DNA from: a virus
Taxonomy: Duplodnaviria > Heunggongvirae > Uroviricota > Caudoviricetes
Virus record (IMG/VR): IMGVR_UViG_651053023_000008
Reading direction: 5' to 3' (one strand)
DNA length: 32,525 bases
The notes below the pieces were generated by a model. That model was not told the DNA's origin. It did no database searches and saw only the letters and a list, made by a program, of their open reading frames with translations. The stretch's first letter is position 1; each line of letters opens with the position of its first letter. This document shows, piece after piece, positions 1 through 10,108 of the stretch. The translations under genes and the position numbers were made by a program.

Positions 1-1698
1 TTAAGGTGTGGGTTGTGCCTCTTTGGTTGAGGGTTGCGTCGTTGCTGACTTAACGGTCGGACGCGTCGCCGGAACATTGTCACACGGTTGCTCTTTCGGG
101 CAGATCAAATCCAGCATTTTCAGCGTCACGCCATTGGTCCAGCCAAAGCCATCCTGTAATGGATATTCGCCACCGCCGCCCTCCGTTCCGGTGGTGCTGA
201 CATCATATTTTTCCACCAGCTTTTTCTCCCGGTCATAGGTGTGCTGAACATTGGTCAGGAAGTGCCAGCTAATGTCCATCGCCACCTCTTTTTGCCCGTA
301 GTTTTGTAATCCTTCTGTCGCGACCCACTGTAACGGTGCCCAGCCATTTGGCGCATCCCATTGTTGCCCACTTTTCACCGACGTGGTGTTCAGGCCGCCG
401 GGTTGCAGCAGATGTGTTTTCGTCGCCGTCGCCATTTTGTTGGCGCGATCTTTCGCTGCCGCATTGACGTACAGCGGGAACAGGGCGGCCGCGGTTAACT
501 GATTGCGCACTTTATGACTTTTCAGGTCGTAATCGGCATACCAGCCTTGTTGATCGTTCCACAGGTATTTTTCGATCCCTTTTTGACGGGCATTTGCCAG
601 CGTTTCGTACTGGTTTGCCATCGCGTTATCTCCGGCAGCTTTGCTGGCGCGGGCGAGGATTTTTTCCATTTTAAACATCAGGCTGTTCAGATCGACCGGT
701 ACGATGCTGGTGGTGCGTAAGGTATTTAACTGCTGCGGGTTGTCCATCCAGCGCGAGCTGAAATCCCAGCCAGACGCAGCGGCAGAGCGCAGGTCGCGGT
801 AAATTTCAGTGGCAGGTCGATTCGGATTGCTTTTGGCGGTGGCAATATCTTCCACCCATGACTCTGGTCGTGGCGTATCGCGATCGTCCCAGTAGCGGTT
901 GAGAAGGGTACCATCCTGAAGTTTGACAACGCGTTTTTCCTGTTGTCCGGCTTGCAGGTTTTCAACACCGTCCATCCAGTAAGCATATTCTTTTTGCATT
1001 TGCGGCAGGTATTGCTTCAACGCGGCATCGCCTTCATGCTGCGCCAGTAACTCTACCATCAGGGCAAAGAAGGGCGGTTGCGAGCGGCTTAAATAGTAAC
1101 TGCGGTTGCCGTTGGGAATATGACCGTAAGTGTCTATTTCATGAGCAAAATTGGCCACCATATTCGCGACTTTATCCCAGTGACCGCTTTCGGCAAGTCC
1201 TAACATGGTGAAGTAACTGTCCCAGTAATATACCTCGCGAAAGCGTCCGCCCGGCACGACATAAGGTTCCGGCAGCGGTAACAGAGAATCCCATTTTTCG
1301 GTGTTTTCGGTAGAACGCGTTAATACCGGCCAAAGTCCGTCAATATGTTCGCGCAGTGACTGCCCCTCTGGCGGAACATATTTCTCGCCTTCTTTCGGCA
1401 GGGTGAAATTGACGTTAACGAAATGGCGCAGATCAAATCCGCTCTGGTTTTGCTGCATCCGATAATCAGCAAGGATCATCAGCGGATCGCTGTTCGGCAC
1501 GGCATCGGCAAAGGTTTTTTGGTCCGGAAAAAGTTTGGCGTTTTGCACATCATTAAACAGCGGCCCTAATAAAATATCAGGCGGCTGTGGTGTTACCGGT
1601 GTTTCTTCTGCCTGCACCGATAGCGCAGCGAAACACAAAAAGATACAGGCTGGAATTAACGCCATTTTTTGCGGGCGAGAAGGTGCGGGGGATTTCAT
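1..1698 (-). CDS. treA: periplasmic trehalase TreA (host gene)
   Basis: ORF 1..1701 (566 aa) with signal peptide ([20 protein letters not shown]) and family-37 trehalase length and sequence as I recall E. coli TreA. The first ORF codon is TTG per the sequence line; the second Met (ATG ending at 1698) is the likely start. Confidence 0.9.
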   Translation of the reverse strand: MKSPAPSRPQKMALIPACIFLCFAALSVQAEETPVTPQPPDILLGPLFNDVQNAKLFPDQKTFADAVPNSDPLMILADYRMQQNQSGFDLRHFVNVNFTLPKEGEKYVPPEGQSLREHIDGLWPVLTRSTENTEKWDSLLPLPEPYVVPGGRFREVYYWDSYFTMLGLAESGHWDKVANMVANFAHEIDTYGHIPNGNRSYYLSRSQPPFFALMVELLAQHEGDAALKQYLPQMQKEYAYWMDGVENLQAGQQEKRVVKLQDGTLLNRYWDDRDTPRPESWVEDIATAKSNPNRPATEIYRDLRSAAASGWDFSSRWMDNPQQLNTLRTTSIVPVDLNSLMFKMEKILARASKAAGDNAMANQYETLANARQKGIEKYLWNDQQGWYADYDLKSHKVRNQLTAAALFPLYVNAAAKDRANKMATATKTHLLQPGGLNTTSVKSGQQWDAPNGWAPLQWVATEGLQNYGQKEVAMDISWHFLTNVQHTYDREKKLVEKYDVSTTGTEGGGGEYPLQDGFGWTNGVTLKMLDLICPKEQPCDNVPATRPTVKSATTQPSTKEAQPTP

Positions 1699-1826
1699 CA
1701 ATCATTCTCCTTTGGCGAAACCGAATAAAACGGTATTCAAGTATCAGAAAACCTTAGTTCAGGATCGCACTAGCTGCATGATCGAAATCTCATTCTGCGA
1801 ACTGTCAGGCATTTTAGAAAAGGGAA

Positions 1827-2010
1827 TGTATTGATTCACTTGAAGTACGAAAAAAACCGGGAGGACATTGGATTATTCGGGATTTGGCGGGATTAGATTT
1901 TGTGGGGCTTGCAAGCCTGTAGGACAGATTTTAGCCGTTACATCTTGAAACGCGAAAGATTGTTGGAAACAGCTTTTGATTCATTAAAGACACGAAAAGC
2001 AATTACTTCA
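1827..2010 (+). repeat. attL region with three candidate MuA end-binding sites (L1 about 1831-1853, L2 about 1944-1965, L3 about 1976-2000; approximate)
   Basis: Repeated ..TTCA..GAAG/AAAG..CGAAA(A/G) motifs (tgattcacttgaagtacgaaaaa; cttgaaacgcgaaagat; ttgattcattaaagacacgaaaag) resembling the MuA end-site consensus. Confidence 0.55.
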
Positions 2011-2165
2011 CGCATCATTTCAAGTACAGCTTCAAAAATGCTTCAAAAACGGTAACAACCAGGCTTTCAGCAAGTGATGTGTGTCAAAAATAATCATCAC
2101 TGTTTGGGTATCTTACATATGTAATTACCTGGAGTGAAGTTTATGTCTTAGCTATTACCTGGTTG

Positions 2166-2690
2166 TTATACAGCTTTCTTTACATCGTTTTCTCTTACAG
2201 GGAAATTATGTTCTTTGCCTTCATACTGAGACAAAATCTCTCTCACTTTTTCCGGTGGTAATGCCTGAAGAGTTTGCAGGGTTTTCTGTTGCTCCACAGT
2301 AATCCCTAATGCCTCTAATGCCTTATCTTTACTGACAATTGTAGGCATAAGTCCTTTAATCCCTGCTACACGAATGATCTCCACAGCTGCGGCCTGCTCA
2401 TCTGGTGTTAAGAAGCTCATTGCATAAATTAGCCTCTCATCAACTGTATGGGCGATTGATGTATGCACTGGTTTATCAGAAAGTGAGGCTCCTTTAATGG
2501 CCCTGCGTGTTTCTTCTGGCAGACTGTTGATGTGATACTCATAAGCGACACCTTTCCCACCGTGACGCTGACGTTTTACCCAATCTTCCGCCACAGCTTT
2601 CCTGGTAATGTTAGTCGCCAACTTTGGTACACCAGGCATCCCTTCCAGCTCTTTCGCATTAAACCATTCTTTGATTTCAAAAGACATCAT
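2166..2690 (-). CDS. c: Mu-type repressor (c-like)
   Basis: 174-aa ORF divergent from ner at the position of the Mu repressor. Its N-terminus ([34 protein letters not shown]) parallels the transposase N-terminus ([34 protein letters not shown]). Confidence 0.8.
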   Translation of the reverse strand: MMSFEIKEWFNAKELEGMPGVPKLATNITRKAVAEDWVKRQRHGGKGVAYEYHINSLPEETRRAIKGASLSDKPVHTSIAHTVDERLIYAMSFLTPDEQAAAVEIIRVAGIKGLMPTIVSKDKALEALGITVEQQKTLQTLQALPPEKVREILSQYEGKEHNFPVRENDVKKAV

Positions 2691-2875
2691 TTAAAATCCT
2701 AGTGATTTCAATAGAGACAAAATAAATTCATATAAAAATCATGCCGTTATATAAAATCATGGCAAATCATTTCAAATCACTATTGATTTGGAAGTGATTC
2801 CACACTACATTGCACGATATGCCGTGAGCTACTTTATAGCGTAGCTCACGGGGGAATCTGAAAGGATTACATGAA
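2691..2875. promoter_or_regulatory. operator and divergent promoter region between c and ner; candidate early promoter -35 TTGATT (2783-2788) and -10 TACATT (2806-2811)
   Basis: AT-rich intergenic region with many AAATCA/TGATTT half-site repeats; hexamers with 17-bp spacing upstream of ner. Confidence 0.5.
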
Positions 2876-3097
2876 ATGCATATGAATAAAAGAACTAACC
2901 GCCAAGATTGGCACAGAGCTGACATCGTTGCAGAGCTACGAAAACGCAATATGTCACTAGCTGAATTGGGAAGATCTAATCATCTTTCGTCTTCAACATT
3001 AAAAAATGCTTTGGATAAGAGATATCCGAAAGCGGAGAAAATCATTGCAGATGCACTGGGAATGACACCGCAAGATATTTGGCCGTCTCGATACTAG
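2876..3097 (+). CDS. ner: Ner-like DNA-binding regulator
   Basis: 73-aa ORF directly before the transposase with Ner-family motifs ([14 protein letters not shown]...LAELGR......STLKNAL...[24 protein letters not shown]). Confidence 0.85.
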
Positions 3098-3104
3098 GTG
3101 CGCT

Positions 3105-5093
3105 ATGAAAGAATGGTATACAGCAAAAGAGTTGCTCGGTTTGGCAGGTTTACCAAAGCAAGCCACTAACATTACACGTAAGGCACAAAGAGAAGGCTGG
3201 GAGTTCAGGCAGGTTGCAGGGACTAAAGGTGTATCATTTGAATTCAATATCAAATCATTCCCTGTCGCATTACGTGCTGAAATTCTGTTGCAACAAGGGA
3301 GAATTGAAACCAGTCAGGGGTATTTTGAAATCGCCCGCCCCACGCTGGAAGCCCATGATTATGATCGTGAGGCACTGTGGAGCAAATGGGATAACGCCAG
3401 CGATTCCCAGCGCAGACTTGCTGAAAAATGGTTGCCTGCGGTTCAGGCTGCAGACGAAATGCTGAACCAGGGGATTTCAACGAAAACGGCATTTGCGACC
3501 GTTGCAGGACATTACCAGGTCAGCGCATCCACTTTGCGAGACAAATATTACCAGGTACAGAAGTTTGCGAAGCCTGACTGGGCGGCTGCGCTTGTTGATG
3601 GACGTGGTGCATCCCGTCGCAACGTTCACAAAAGTGAATTTGACGAGGATGCCTGGCAGTTTCTGATTGCAGATTATCTGCGACCAGAAAAACCCGCCTT
3701 TCGCAAATGTTATGAGCGTCTGGAACTGGCAGCCCGCGAGCATGGCTGGAGTATTCCCTCCCGTGCCACGGCCTTTCGCCGGATTCAGCAACTGGACGAG
3801 GCAATGGTTGTTGCCTGCCGTGAAGGTGAACATGCACTGATGCATCTGATACCGGCACAGCAGCGAACTGTGGAACACCTGGACGCCATGCAGTGGATCA
3901 ACGGCGACGGTTATCTGCATAACGTCTTTGTACGCTGGTTTAACGGTGATGTGATCCGCCCGAAAACATGGTTCTGGCAGGATGTGAAAACCCGAAAAAT
4001 TCTGGGCTGGCGCTGCGATGTGAGCGAGAACATTGATTCAATTCGCCTCTCGTTCATGGATGTGGTGACACGCTACGGCATCCCGGAAGATTTTCACATC
4101 ACCATTGATAACACCCGTGGGGCAGCGAATAAATGGCTGACGGGGGGCGCGCCCAATCGTTACCGCTTTAAGGTGAAAGAGGACGATCCAAAGGGACTGT
4201 TTTTACTGATGGGCGCGAAAATGCACTGGACAAGCGTTGTTGCCGGTAAAGGCTGGGGCCAGGCAAAACCTGTTGAACGTGCTTTCGGTGTTGGTGGGCT
4301 TGAGGAATACGTTGATAAGCATCCGGCACTGGCTGGCGCATATACGGGGCCAAATCCGCAGGCAAAACCTGATAACTATGGCGACCGTGCTGTTGATGCA
4401 GAGCTGTTTCTGAAAACCCTTGCTGAAGGTGTGGCGATGTTCAATGCCAGAACAGGCCGTGAAACAGAAATGTGCGGGGGCAAACTCTCGTTTGATGATG
4501 TTTTCGAGCGTGAATACGCCAGAACGATTGTGCGTAAGCCAACCGAAGAACAAAAACGGATGCTGTTACTGCCTGCCGAAGCGGTGAACGTTTCACGCAA
4601 AGGCGAGTTTACGCTTAAAGTTGGCGGCTCCCTTAAAGGCGCGAAAAACGTTTATTACAACATGGCGTTAATGAATGCAGGCGTGAAAAAAGTTGTGGTC
4701 AGGTTTGATCCGCAGCAGCTACACAGCACAGTTTATTGCTACACCCTGGACGGTCGGTTTATCTGTGAAGCGGAATGTCTGGCACCTGTTGCATTTAATG
4801 ATGCTGCGGCAGGCCGTGAATATCGCCGCCGCCAGAAACAACTGAAATCTGCAACTAAAGCAGCCATTAAGGCGCAGAAACAAATGGACGCGCTGGAAGT
4901 TGCTGAACTGCTGCCGCAGATAGCCGAACCAGCAGCACCAGAATCAAGGGTTGTTGGTATTTTCCGGCCTGTGGGTAACACAGTACGGGTTAAATATCGC
5001 ACCCCCGATGATAAATACGAACCCGCTCGTGATGAATATCTGAATCAGTCACTGGATATTCTGGAACAGAAAAGACGTAAAAAAGCCATTTAA
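3105..5093 (+). CDS. A: Mu-type DDE transposase A
   Basis: 662 aa; N-terminal end and enhancer-binding domain, central catalytic core, C-terminal region, at the Mu A position; sequence closely matches MuA as I recall it. Confidence 0.95.
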
Positions 5094-5131
5094 TTAACGT
5101 TTAAACAAAATTTAATTACGAGGTTATTCAG

Positions 5132-6091
5132 ATGAATATTTCCGATATTCGCGCAGGACTGCGCACGCTTGTAGAAAATGGAGAAACCACGCTGACACGC
5201 ATCGCCAGTGAATCAGGCGTGGCCCTGAGCACAGTCAGTGGTTTTGTGAATGATAAATATAACGGCAACATGGAATCAGTCGGGCGCACACTGGAACGCT
5301 GGCTGGAAAACTATCACCGCGCAGAAGAACTGCCGGAACCCCCGCGTTTTGTGGAAACTGCAACAGCCCGTCAAATCTGGACAAGTATGCGTTTTGCTAA
5401 TCTGACCGGAACCATTGCTGTTATCTGCGGTAATCCAGGAGTGGGTAAAAGCGAAGCAGCCCGTGAATTTTGTCGCACTAATAATAATGTCTGGATGATC
5501 ACCATTGCGCCATCCCGTGCCAGTACGCTGGAATGTCTGACTGAACTTGCCGAAGAGTTGGGAATGAATAATGCACCATGTCGCAAAGGACCGCTTTCCC
5601 GTAACCTGCGTCGCCGCCTGAAAGGAACGCAGGGACTGGTCATTGTTGACGAAGCTGATCACCTTGACACCGAAGCGCTGGAAGAGCTCCGTCTGTTACA
5701 GGAGTCCGCCTGTATTGGTCTTGTTCTGATGGGGAATCACCGTGTTTATTCAAATATGACCGCTAATGGCGACAGAACAATTGAGTTTGCCCGTCTGTTT
5801 TCCCGTATTGCAAAGCGCACAGCAATTAATAAAACCAAAGAAGACGATGTAAACGCAATTGCGGATGCCTGGCAGATTACCGGGAAAAATGAACGGGAAT
5901 TATTACAGCAGATTGCACAAACGCCTGGTGCGCTCCGCATTATGAATCAAACGCTGCGCCTTGCTGTTATGAATGCCTTCGGTAAAGGCGAACGTGTTAA
6001 TGAGGATTATCTGCGTGAGGCTTACAAAGAGTTAGACCAGGACGTTGATGTTTCGATGCTGCTGGGTGTGCAAGGGGATGCTGAATCATGA
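5132..6091 (+). CDS. B: transposition ATPase and target-capture protein B
   Basis: 319 aa; Walker A motif GNPGVGKS; directly downstream of A. Confidence 0.9.
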   Translation: MNISDIRAGLRTLVENGETTLTRIASESGVALSTVSGFVNDKYNGNMESVGRTLERWLENYHRAEELPEPPRFVETATARQIWTSMRFANLTGTIAVICGNPGVGKSEAAREFCRTNNNVWMITIAPSRASTLECLTELAEELGMNNAPCRKGPLSRNLRRRLKGTQGLVIVDEADHLDTEALEELRLLQESACIGLVLMGNHRVYSNMTANGDRTIEFARLFSRIAKRTAINKTKEDDVNAIADAWQITGKNERELLQQIAQTPGALRIMNQTLRLAVMNAFGKGERVNEDYLREAYKELDQDVDVSMLLGVQGDAES

Positions 6092-6315
6092 TGTCACGGA
6101 ATATCAAAATGGCGACGGAAGTAAAGACCTGGTTACAGGAGCGCGGCAGCCACGTCAACGAATCCTGGCTGGGCGTGGCCCGCCCGGTGCTTGAAATTAC
6201 CTGCCCGCCACCGGAGCTGGTCAGAAACGCTGTCAGGATTATGGAGCATAAATCAGGGGTTGCCCGTTCCGTATGGACGGCCCGCCTTAATGGTTGCCAG
6301 ATTATCTGGCGTTAA
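6088..6315 (+). CDS. small early protein at the Mu kil position (Kil-like, unverified)
   Basis: 75-aa ORF; ATGA overlap with the B stop. Confidence 0.5.
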   Translation: MMSRNIKMATEVKTWLQERGSHVNESWLGVARPVLEITCPPPELVRNAVRIMEHKSGVARSVWTARLNGCQIIWR

Positions 6316-6347
6316 TAACGGCTTATTTATTTGTGAGGAATAACAAA

Positions 6348-6617
6348 ATGGCAAAAGTAATCTTTGAATTTAACAATACAAGAAATATTGAGTTTCAGGA
6401 AAATGGAGGTTTTGCCGTAAATATGAATGTGCGACTGGAAGAATCCTCACCTGAGGACCAGACCGGGCCACATGATGTAATGGCAGGCATCATCAAGAGC
6501 ATGGCTCCTGAAATCATTAAAAAAGCGACCGAGGATTTGTTGAAATCAGCCAGGGAGCTTGGGCTGGAAGCCGAAGGCGAGTTATTCCGGTATAACCCGG
6601 ATGCAGCTAAATATTAA
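6348..6617 (+). CDS. hypothetical early protein
   Basis: ATG 6348 preceded by a GAGGA ribosome-binding site; 89 aa. Confidence 0.5.
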   Translation: MAKVIFEFNNTRNIEFQENGGFAVNMNVRLEESSPEDQTGPHDVMAGIIKSMAPEIIKKATEDLLKSARELGLEAEGELFRYNPDAAKY

Positions 6618-6637
6618 TTCGCAAAGGAACGCTGACA

Positions 6638-7057
6638 ATGAAAGCCAAAATCAGAAACGAAATTCAGGCATTAATTCGGATTAAAGAGCGTAATAGCAAT
6701 GGTGGAGACTTGCGCGAATTTATTTGCGCGCGCGAAGTTGAGGGATATGGCGAAAAGACTTACCTGATTGCATTCGACCATTACAGCATTTGTGCGCGTT
6801 ATTGCGGGGAGGCGGTATTCCGCGCCATTACGTTTGGCAATGCCTTCAATGTGGATTTATGGGAATACGTCATGGACCGTGAATACATCAGCGCGTCAGA
6901 CCCGGACGCACGGGAGCAGTGGCAGAACATCTGGCGCGATTACCGGCAAATGGCGAAAGGCTGGACGCAGGGGACGTATTCTTCCCTTGCCCTGAAAGCG
7001 GTTCAGTTATCGCTGCGGCATGTTCCGTCAGTACGGTTTGAACTTGCGGTGCACTGA
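6638..7057 (+). CDS. hypothetical early protein
   Basis: 139-aa ORF in the co-oriented early operon. Confidence 0.5.
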   Translation: MKAKIRNEIQALIRIKERNSNGGDLREFICAREVEGYGEKTYLIAFDHYSICARYCGEAVFRAITFGNAFNVDLWEYVMDREYISASDPDAREQWQNIWRDYRQMAKGWTQGTYSSLALKAVQLSLRHVPSVRFELAVH

Positions 7058-7074
7058 TACAGGAGGGCGACATC

Positions 7075-7363
7075 ATGATACCCCCTCGTAAAAGATGGTC
7101 ACGTGAAGACCGGGAATTTATCGAAGCCAGTGTCGGGAAAATGACTGTTGAAGAAATGGCGAAAAAAACTGAACGTTGCCCCAACCGCCCTACAGGCACA
7201 TGCCAGAAGACACGGAATATCGTTGTGTGCATACCGGGTCAGTGAGCACGACAAATATTTGTGTCGTGAACTTTATAAAGAAGGGCTGGATATTCATGTC
7301 ATTACCCAAAAGATGGAATTAAGCAATCGTGCTGTATCCAGCATTGTATACAGCGAATATTAA
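7075..7363 (+). pseudogene. small HTH-like early gene split by a +1 frameshift in an A7 run (7162-7168)
   Basis: ATG 7075 with an AGGAGGG ribosome-binding site reads to a stop at 7245; ORF 7148..7363 continues in the next frame. Removing one A gives a single 95-aa product ...MTVEEMAKKLNVAPTALQAHARRHGISL.... Confidence 0.45.
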
Positions 7364-7383
7364 TTAACAGGAGCTTTATTTAT

Positions 7384-7908
7384 ATGGCTAAACCAGCAAA
7401 ACGAATCAAGAATGCAGCAGCGGCTTATGTTCCACAGTCCCGCGATGCCGTGGTATGTGATATCCGCCGGATTGGTGACCTGCAACGCGAAGCGGCACGA
7501 CTTGAAACGGAAATGAATGACGCTATCGCTGAAATTACAGAGAAATACGCCTCACAGATTGCGCCGCTAAAAACCAGTATCGAAACCCTTTCAAAAGGCG
7601 TTCAGGGATGGTGTGAAGCGAACCGTGACGAACTGACGAACGGCGGCAAGGTGAAGACGGCGAACCTGGTAACCGGCGATGTGTCATGGCGTCAGCGCCC
7701 ACCATCGGTAAGTATTCGCGGTGTGGATGCGGTGATGGAAACACTGGAGCGTCTTGGCCTGCAACGCTTTATTCGCACGAAACAGGAAATCAACAAGGAA
7801 GCGATTTTACTGGAACCGAAAGCGGTCGCAGGTGTTGCCGGAATTACAGTTAAATCAGGCATTGAAGATTTTTCTATTATTCCGTTTGAACAGGAAGCCG
7901 GTATTTAA
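7384..7908 (+). CDS. gam: Gam host-nuclease inhibitor (Mu Gam family)
   Basis: 174 aa, same length and sequence pattern as Mu Gam as I recall it. Confidence 0.9.
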   Translation: MAKPAKRIKNAAAAYVPQSRDAVVCDIRRIGDLQREAARLETEMNDAIAEITEKYASQIAPLKTSIETLSKGVQGWCEANRDELTNGGKVKTANLVTGDVSWRQRPPSVSIRGVDAVMETLERLGLQRFIRTKQEINKEAILLEPKAVAGVAGITVKSGIEDFSIIPFEQEAGI

Positions 7909-8006
7909 TATCACCATTAATATTTAATTAGTTCACTTTCTTTTAATTATGGCGCGATGCGTCAGGGGATTGCTCGCGCCTGAAACAGATTACTGAGGAA
8001 TAAAAA

Positions 8007-8546
8007 ATGGTTGATGCAAAAGTTCTGAACGGTGTCAGTACATTATTACGGGCTTACGGACGTCTGACCTGTGGCGTTCTGGCGGAAAAAATGAATATGC
8101 CACCTTCTTCAATGGTGTATTTCCTGCGTGATGCGGTTGATGCCGGAGTTCTCACTGAATGCAACGGATTTTATGACGTTCCGCGCCCTCGTCCGACGCC
8201 GCCAGTAAGACGAAACGCAACGGAGCACCCCGCTGTTGATGATGCTCAATGGTGCGCTTTCCGCCGCTCTTTGCCCTGGCTGGAAGGCAATGCCATTCCG
8301 GCACTGGCAAAAGAATTTGCGACAGGCGTACTGACCTGCGAGTCGGTTTACATCGTTGCTGAAGTGGATGACGAGATGTGCAAACAGGGGATGCCCCGTT
8401 TTGTGATGGCGTATATCGATATCCGACTGGGACGTTTTATTTGTGGCTCCAGTGGCTGGAATATCACCGACCACGTCCTGCGCTATCTCATTCTTGATTA
8501 TTCACCGGTTCCGGCGGCAACACAGGATGTCAGCGAGCATGGTTAA
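8007..8546 (+). CDS. hypothetical early protein with N-terminal winged-helix-like region
   Basis: 179-aa ORF; N-terminal LLRAYGRLTCGVLAEKMNMPPSSMVYFLRDAVDAGVL followed by a Pro-rich linker. Confidence 0.5.
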   Translation: MVDAKVLNGVSTLLRAYGRLTCGVLAEKMNMPPSSMVYFLRDAVDAGVLTECNGFYDVPRPRPTPPVRRNATEHPAVDDAQWCAFRRSLPWLEGNAIPALAKEFATGVLTCESVYIVAEVDDEMCKQGMPRFVMAYIDIRLGRFICGSSGWNITDHVLRYLILDYSPVPAATQDVSEHG

Positions 8547-8721
8547 GTCAATTGGCTTTGTCCTGCTGGTTGGTACTTGCGGGAATGATGCCTGTGATGC
8601 CATTCCGGTAACAGAAAAAATCTGGCCCACAGAACAGGCATGTATGCAGGTGATGGAGCGCATACAAAAACGTTATCCCAGTGAAATCTTTTATTGCGAA
8701 GAGGTATTAAGAAATGAATAA
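8539..8721 (+). CDS. small putative secreted protein or lipoprotein (moron)
   Basis: ATG overlaps the upstream stop. 60 aa; N-terminal hydrophobic segment ending ..LLVGTC (lipobox-like); GC content lower than the surrounding sequence. Confidence 0.4.
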   Translation: MVKSIGFVLLVGTCGNDACDAIPVTEKIWPTEQACMQVMERIQKRYPSEIFYCEEVLRNE

Positions 8722-9103
8722 CGCAGAGAAAAATGAAATTAAATCCGCATCCGCCAGCACCAGAAAGCATCTTCATGATTTTTATGTTGCCTATAACCAG
8801 TGGTTAAAAAATGGTGTACCAGAAACAGAGGGTGAAATATTTGTTCAATATTCAGGATTATGTACAAATGCTTGTCGTTATTTTGACGAAATCGGAGTGG
8901 ATACCGAAGATATATTAGAACAATTACGTGCAGATTTTATCGCGAACGAGTTGGATGAATTATTACCTTTCAATGAAAGTGGAACGCACTATCATGAGGA
9001 ATGCAGACTTGGCAGATGTCACCTGAATTCTGCTCGTGTGGCATGGGTCGAAAAACACTGCATTAAGGAGATGGGACATAATGAGCCGCACATCCCTGAT
9101 TAA
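8714..9103 (+). CDS. hypothetical protein (AT-rich moron)
   Basis: 129-aa ORF; visibly AT-rich compared with flanking phage genes; Cys and His rich C-terminal half. Confidence 0.5.
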   Translation: MNNAEKNEIKSASASTRKHLHDFYVAYNQWLKNGVPETEGEIFVQYSGLCTNACRYFDEIGVDTEDILEQLRADFIANELDELLPFNESGTHYHEECRLGRCHLNSARVAWVEKHCIKEMGHNEPHIPD

Positions 9104-9632
9104 ATTAATTCATGTCGCCCGTCGGGAATTGCAACTTGACGATGACACTTACCGCGCCTTTCTGGTGCAGTGCACGGGCAAAACCAGTTGCCGCGAGCTG
9201 TCCGTTGCACAACTGGAACGGGTGCTCGATGCCATGAAAGAGCGCGGTTTTAAGAAGCAGAAAAAACATCCCCGCCGTCGCTTTAAGGGGCATGTCACAC
9301 CACGCGAGAAGATTTACAAAATCTGGCAGCAGATGTTTCTTGATGGTTTCGTCTCCGATATCAGCGACGCCGCGCTGGACAAATACGTTGAACGCCTGAC
9401 GGCCAGACGTAATGGCGGTCAGGGTGTTTCCACGCTGGCCTGGTGTCACGGGGAATCGTTGCAGGTTGTGCTCGAAACGCTCAAACAGTGGCACATGCGC
9501 TGCATCCGTGAAGCCTTTGCCCGACATGGTGTGCCTTTACCTGTAAGCCCATCCGGGCGGGAACTGCGCGGCTATGATGCACTGACCAGTGCATATGCCC
9601 GCGCACGAAACAGCGGGAGAATTGCTGTATGA
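9081..9632 (+). CDS. gemA: GemA-like protein (Mu gp16 family)
   Basis: Internal ATG 9081 with an AAGGAG ribosome-binding site; 183 aa; position immediately upstream of mor; N-terminal LIHVARRELQLDDDTYRAFL motif. Confidence 0.65.
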   Translation: MSRTSLIKLIHVARRELQLDDDTYRAFLVQCTGKTSCRELSVAQLERVLDAMKERGFKKQKKHPRRRFKGHVTPREKIYKIWQQMFLDGFVSDISDAALDKYVERLTARRNGGQGVSTLAWCHGESLQVVLETLKQWHMRCIREAFARHGVPLPVSPSGRELRGYDALTSAYARARNSGRIAV

Positions 9633-10078
9633 AACAGATGAAAGAGCAGGATTTGTTCGAAGACCTTCGGGACGACAGCGTTCTGGAATATCTTCATGAT
9701 TACCAGGAAAACACCGCTTATCCGGCGTTACTTTCTGAACTGAACGCACTGCTGCGTAAAGAGCTGGCCCGGATTGGCGCAGACCCTGCCCATTCCCTTG
9801 AGCTGGTTGTGGCGATTTGTCGCCATATCGGCGGGATGCAGGTTTATGTTCCGAGGGGGAATATTCTGGAGAATCTTGTCCGGGATATGCGTATCTGGCG
9901 TGATTTTAACGGCCATAATATTCCTGAACTGGTTCAGCGTTACGGGGTGACGTATAAAACCGTCTACAAGGCCATCAAACGGATGCGACGTCTGGAGCGC
10001 AATAAATACCAGCCGGATTTGTTTTACCTCTCCCCGAACCTGCCTCACCCCGTTCGTCGTCCGCCACGACGCCCTTAA
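9629..10078 (+). CDS. mor: Mor/C-family transcriptional activator
   Basis: 149 aa with a Mor-family C-terminal HTH (VYVPRG...IWRDFNG.N..EL..RYGV....VYKAIKRMRR), located at the end of the early operon and followed by a terminator. Confidence 0.8.
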   Translation: MKQMKEQDLFEDLRDDSVLEYLHDYQENTAYPALLSELNALLRKELARIGADPAHSLELVVAICRHIGGMQVYVPRGNILENLVRDMRIWRDFNGHNIPELVQRYGVTYKTVYKAIKRMRRLERNKYQPDLFYLSPNLPHPVRRPPRRP

Positions 10079-10084
10079 TCAATG

Positions 10085-10108
10085 AAGCCGGTAAATCCGG
10101 CTTTTTTT
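10085..10108 (+). terminator. rho-independent terminator after mor (stem AGCCGG, loop TAAAT, stem CCGGCT, T7)
   Basis: Perfect 6-bp stem hairpin followed by seven T, 7 nt after the mor stop. Confidence 0.7.

Noticed and set aside
1535-1834. 99-aa ORF spanning the host-prophage junction
   Set aside because: Overlaps the treA start antisense and runs across the transposon end; a chance open frame.
10055-10071. Inverted repeat CGTCGT-CCGCC-ACGACG near the mor 3' end
   Set aside because: Lies inside the coding sequence (encoding RRPPRR), is short, and the adjacent terminator hairpin explains the transcript end.
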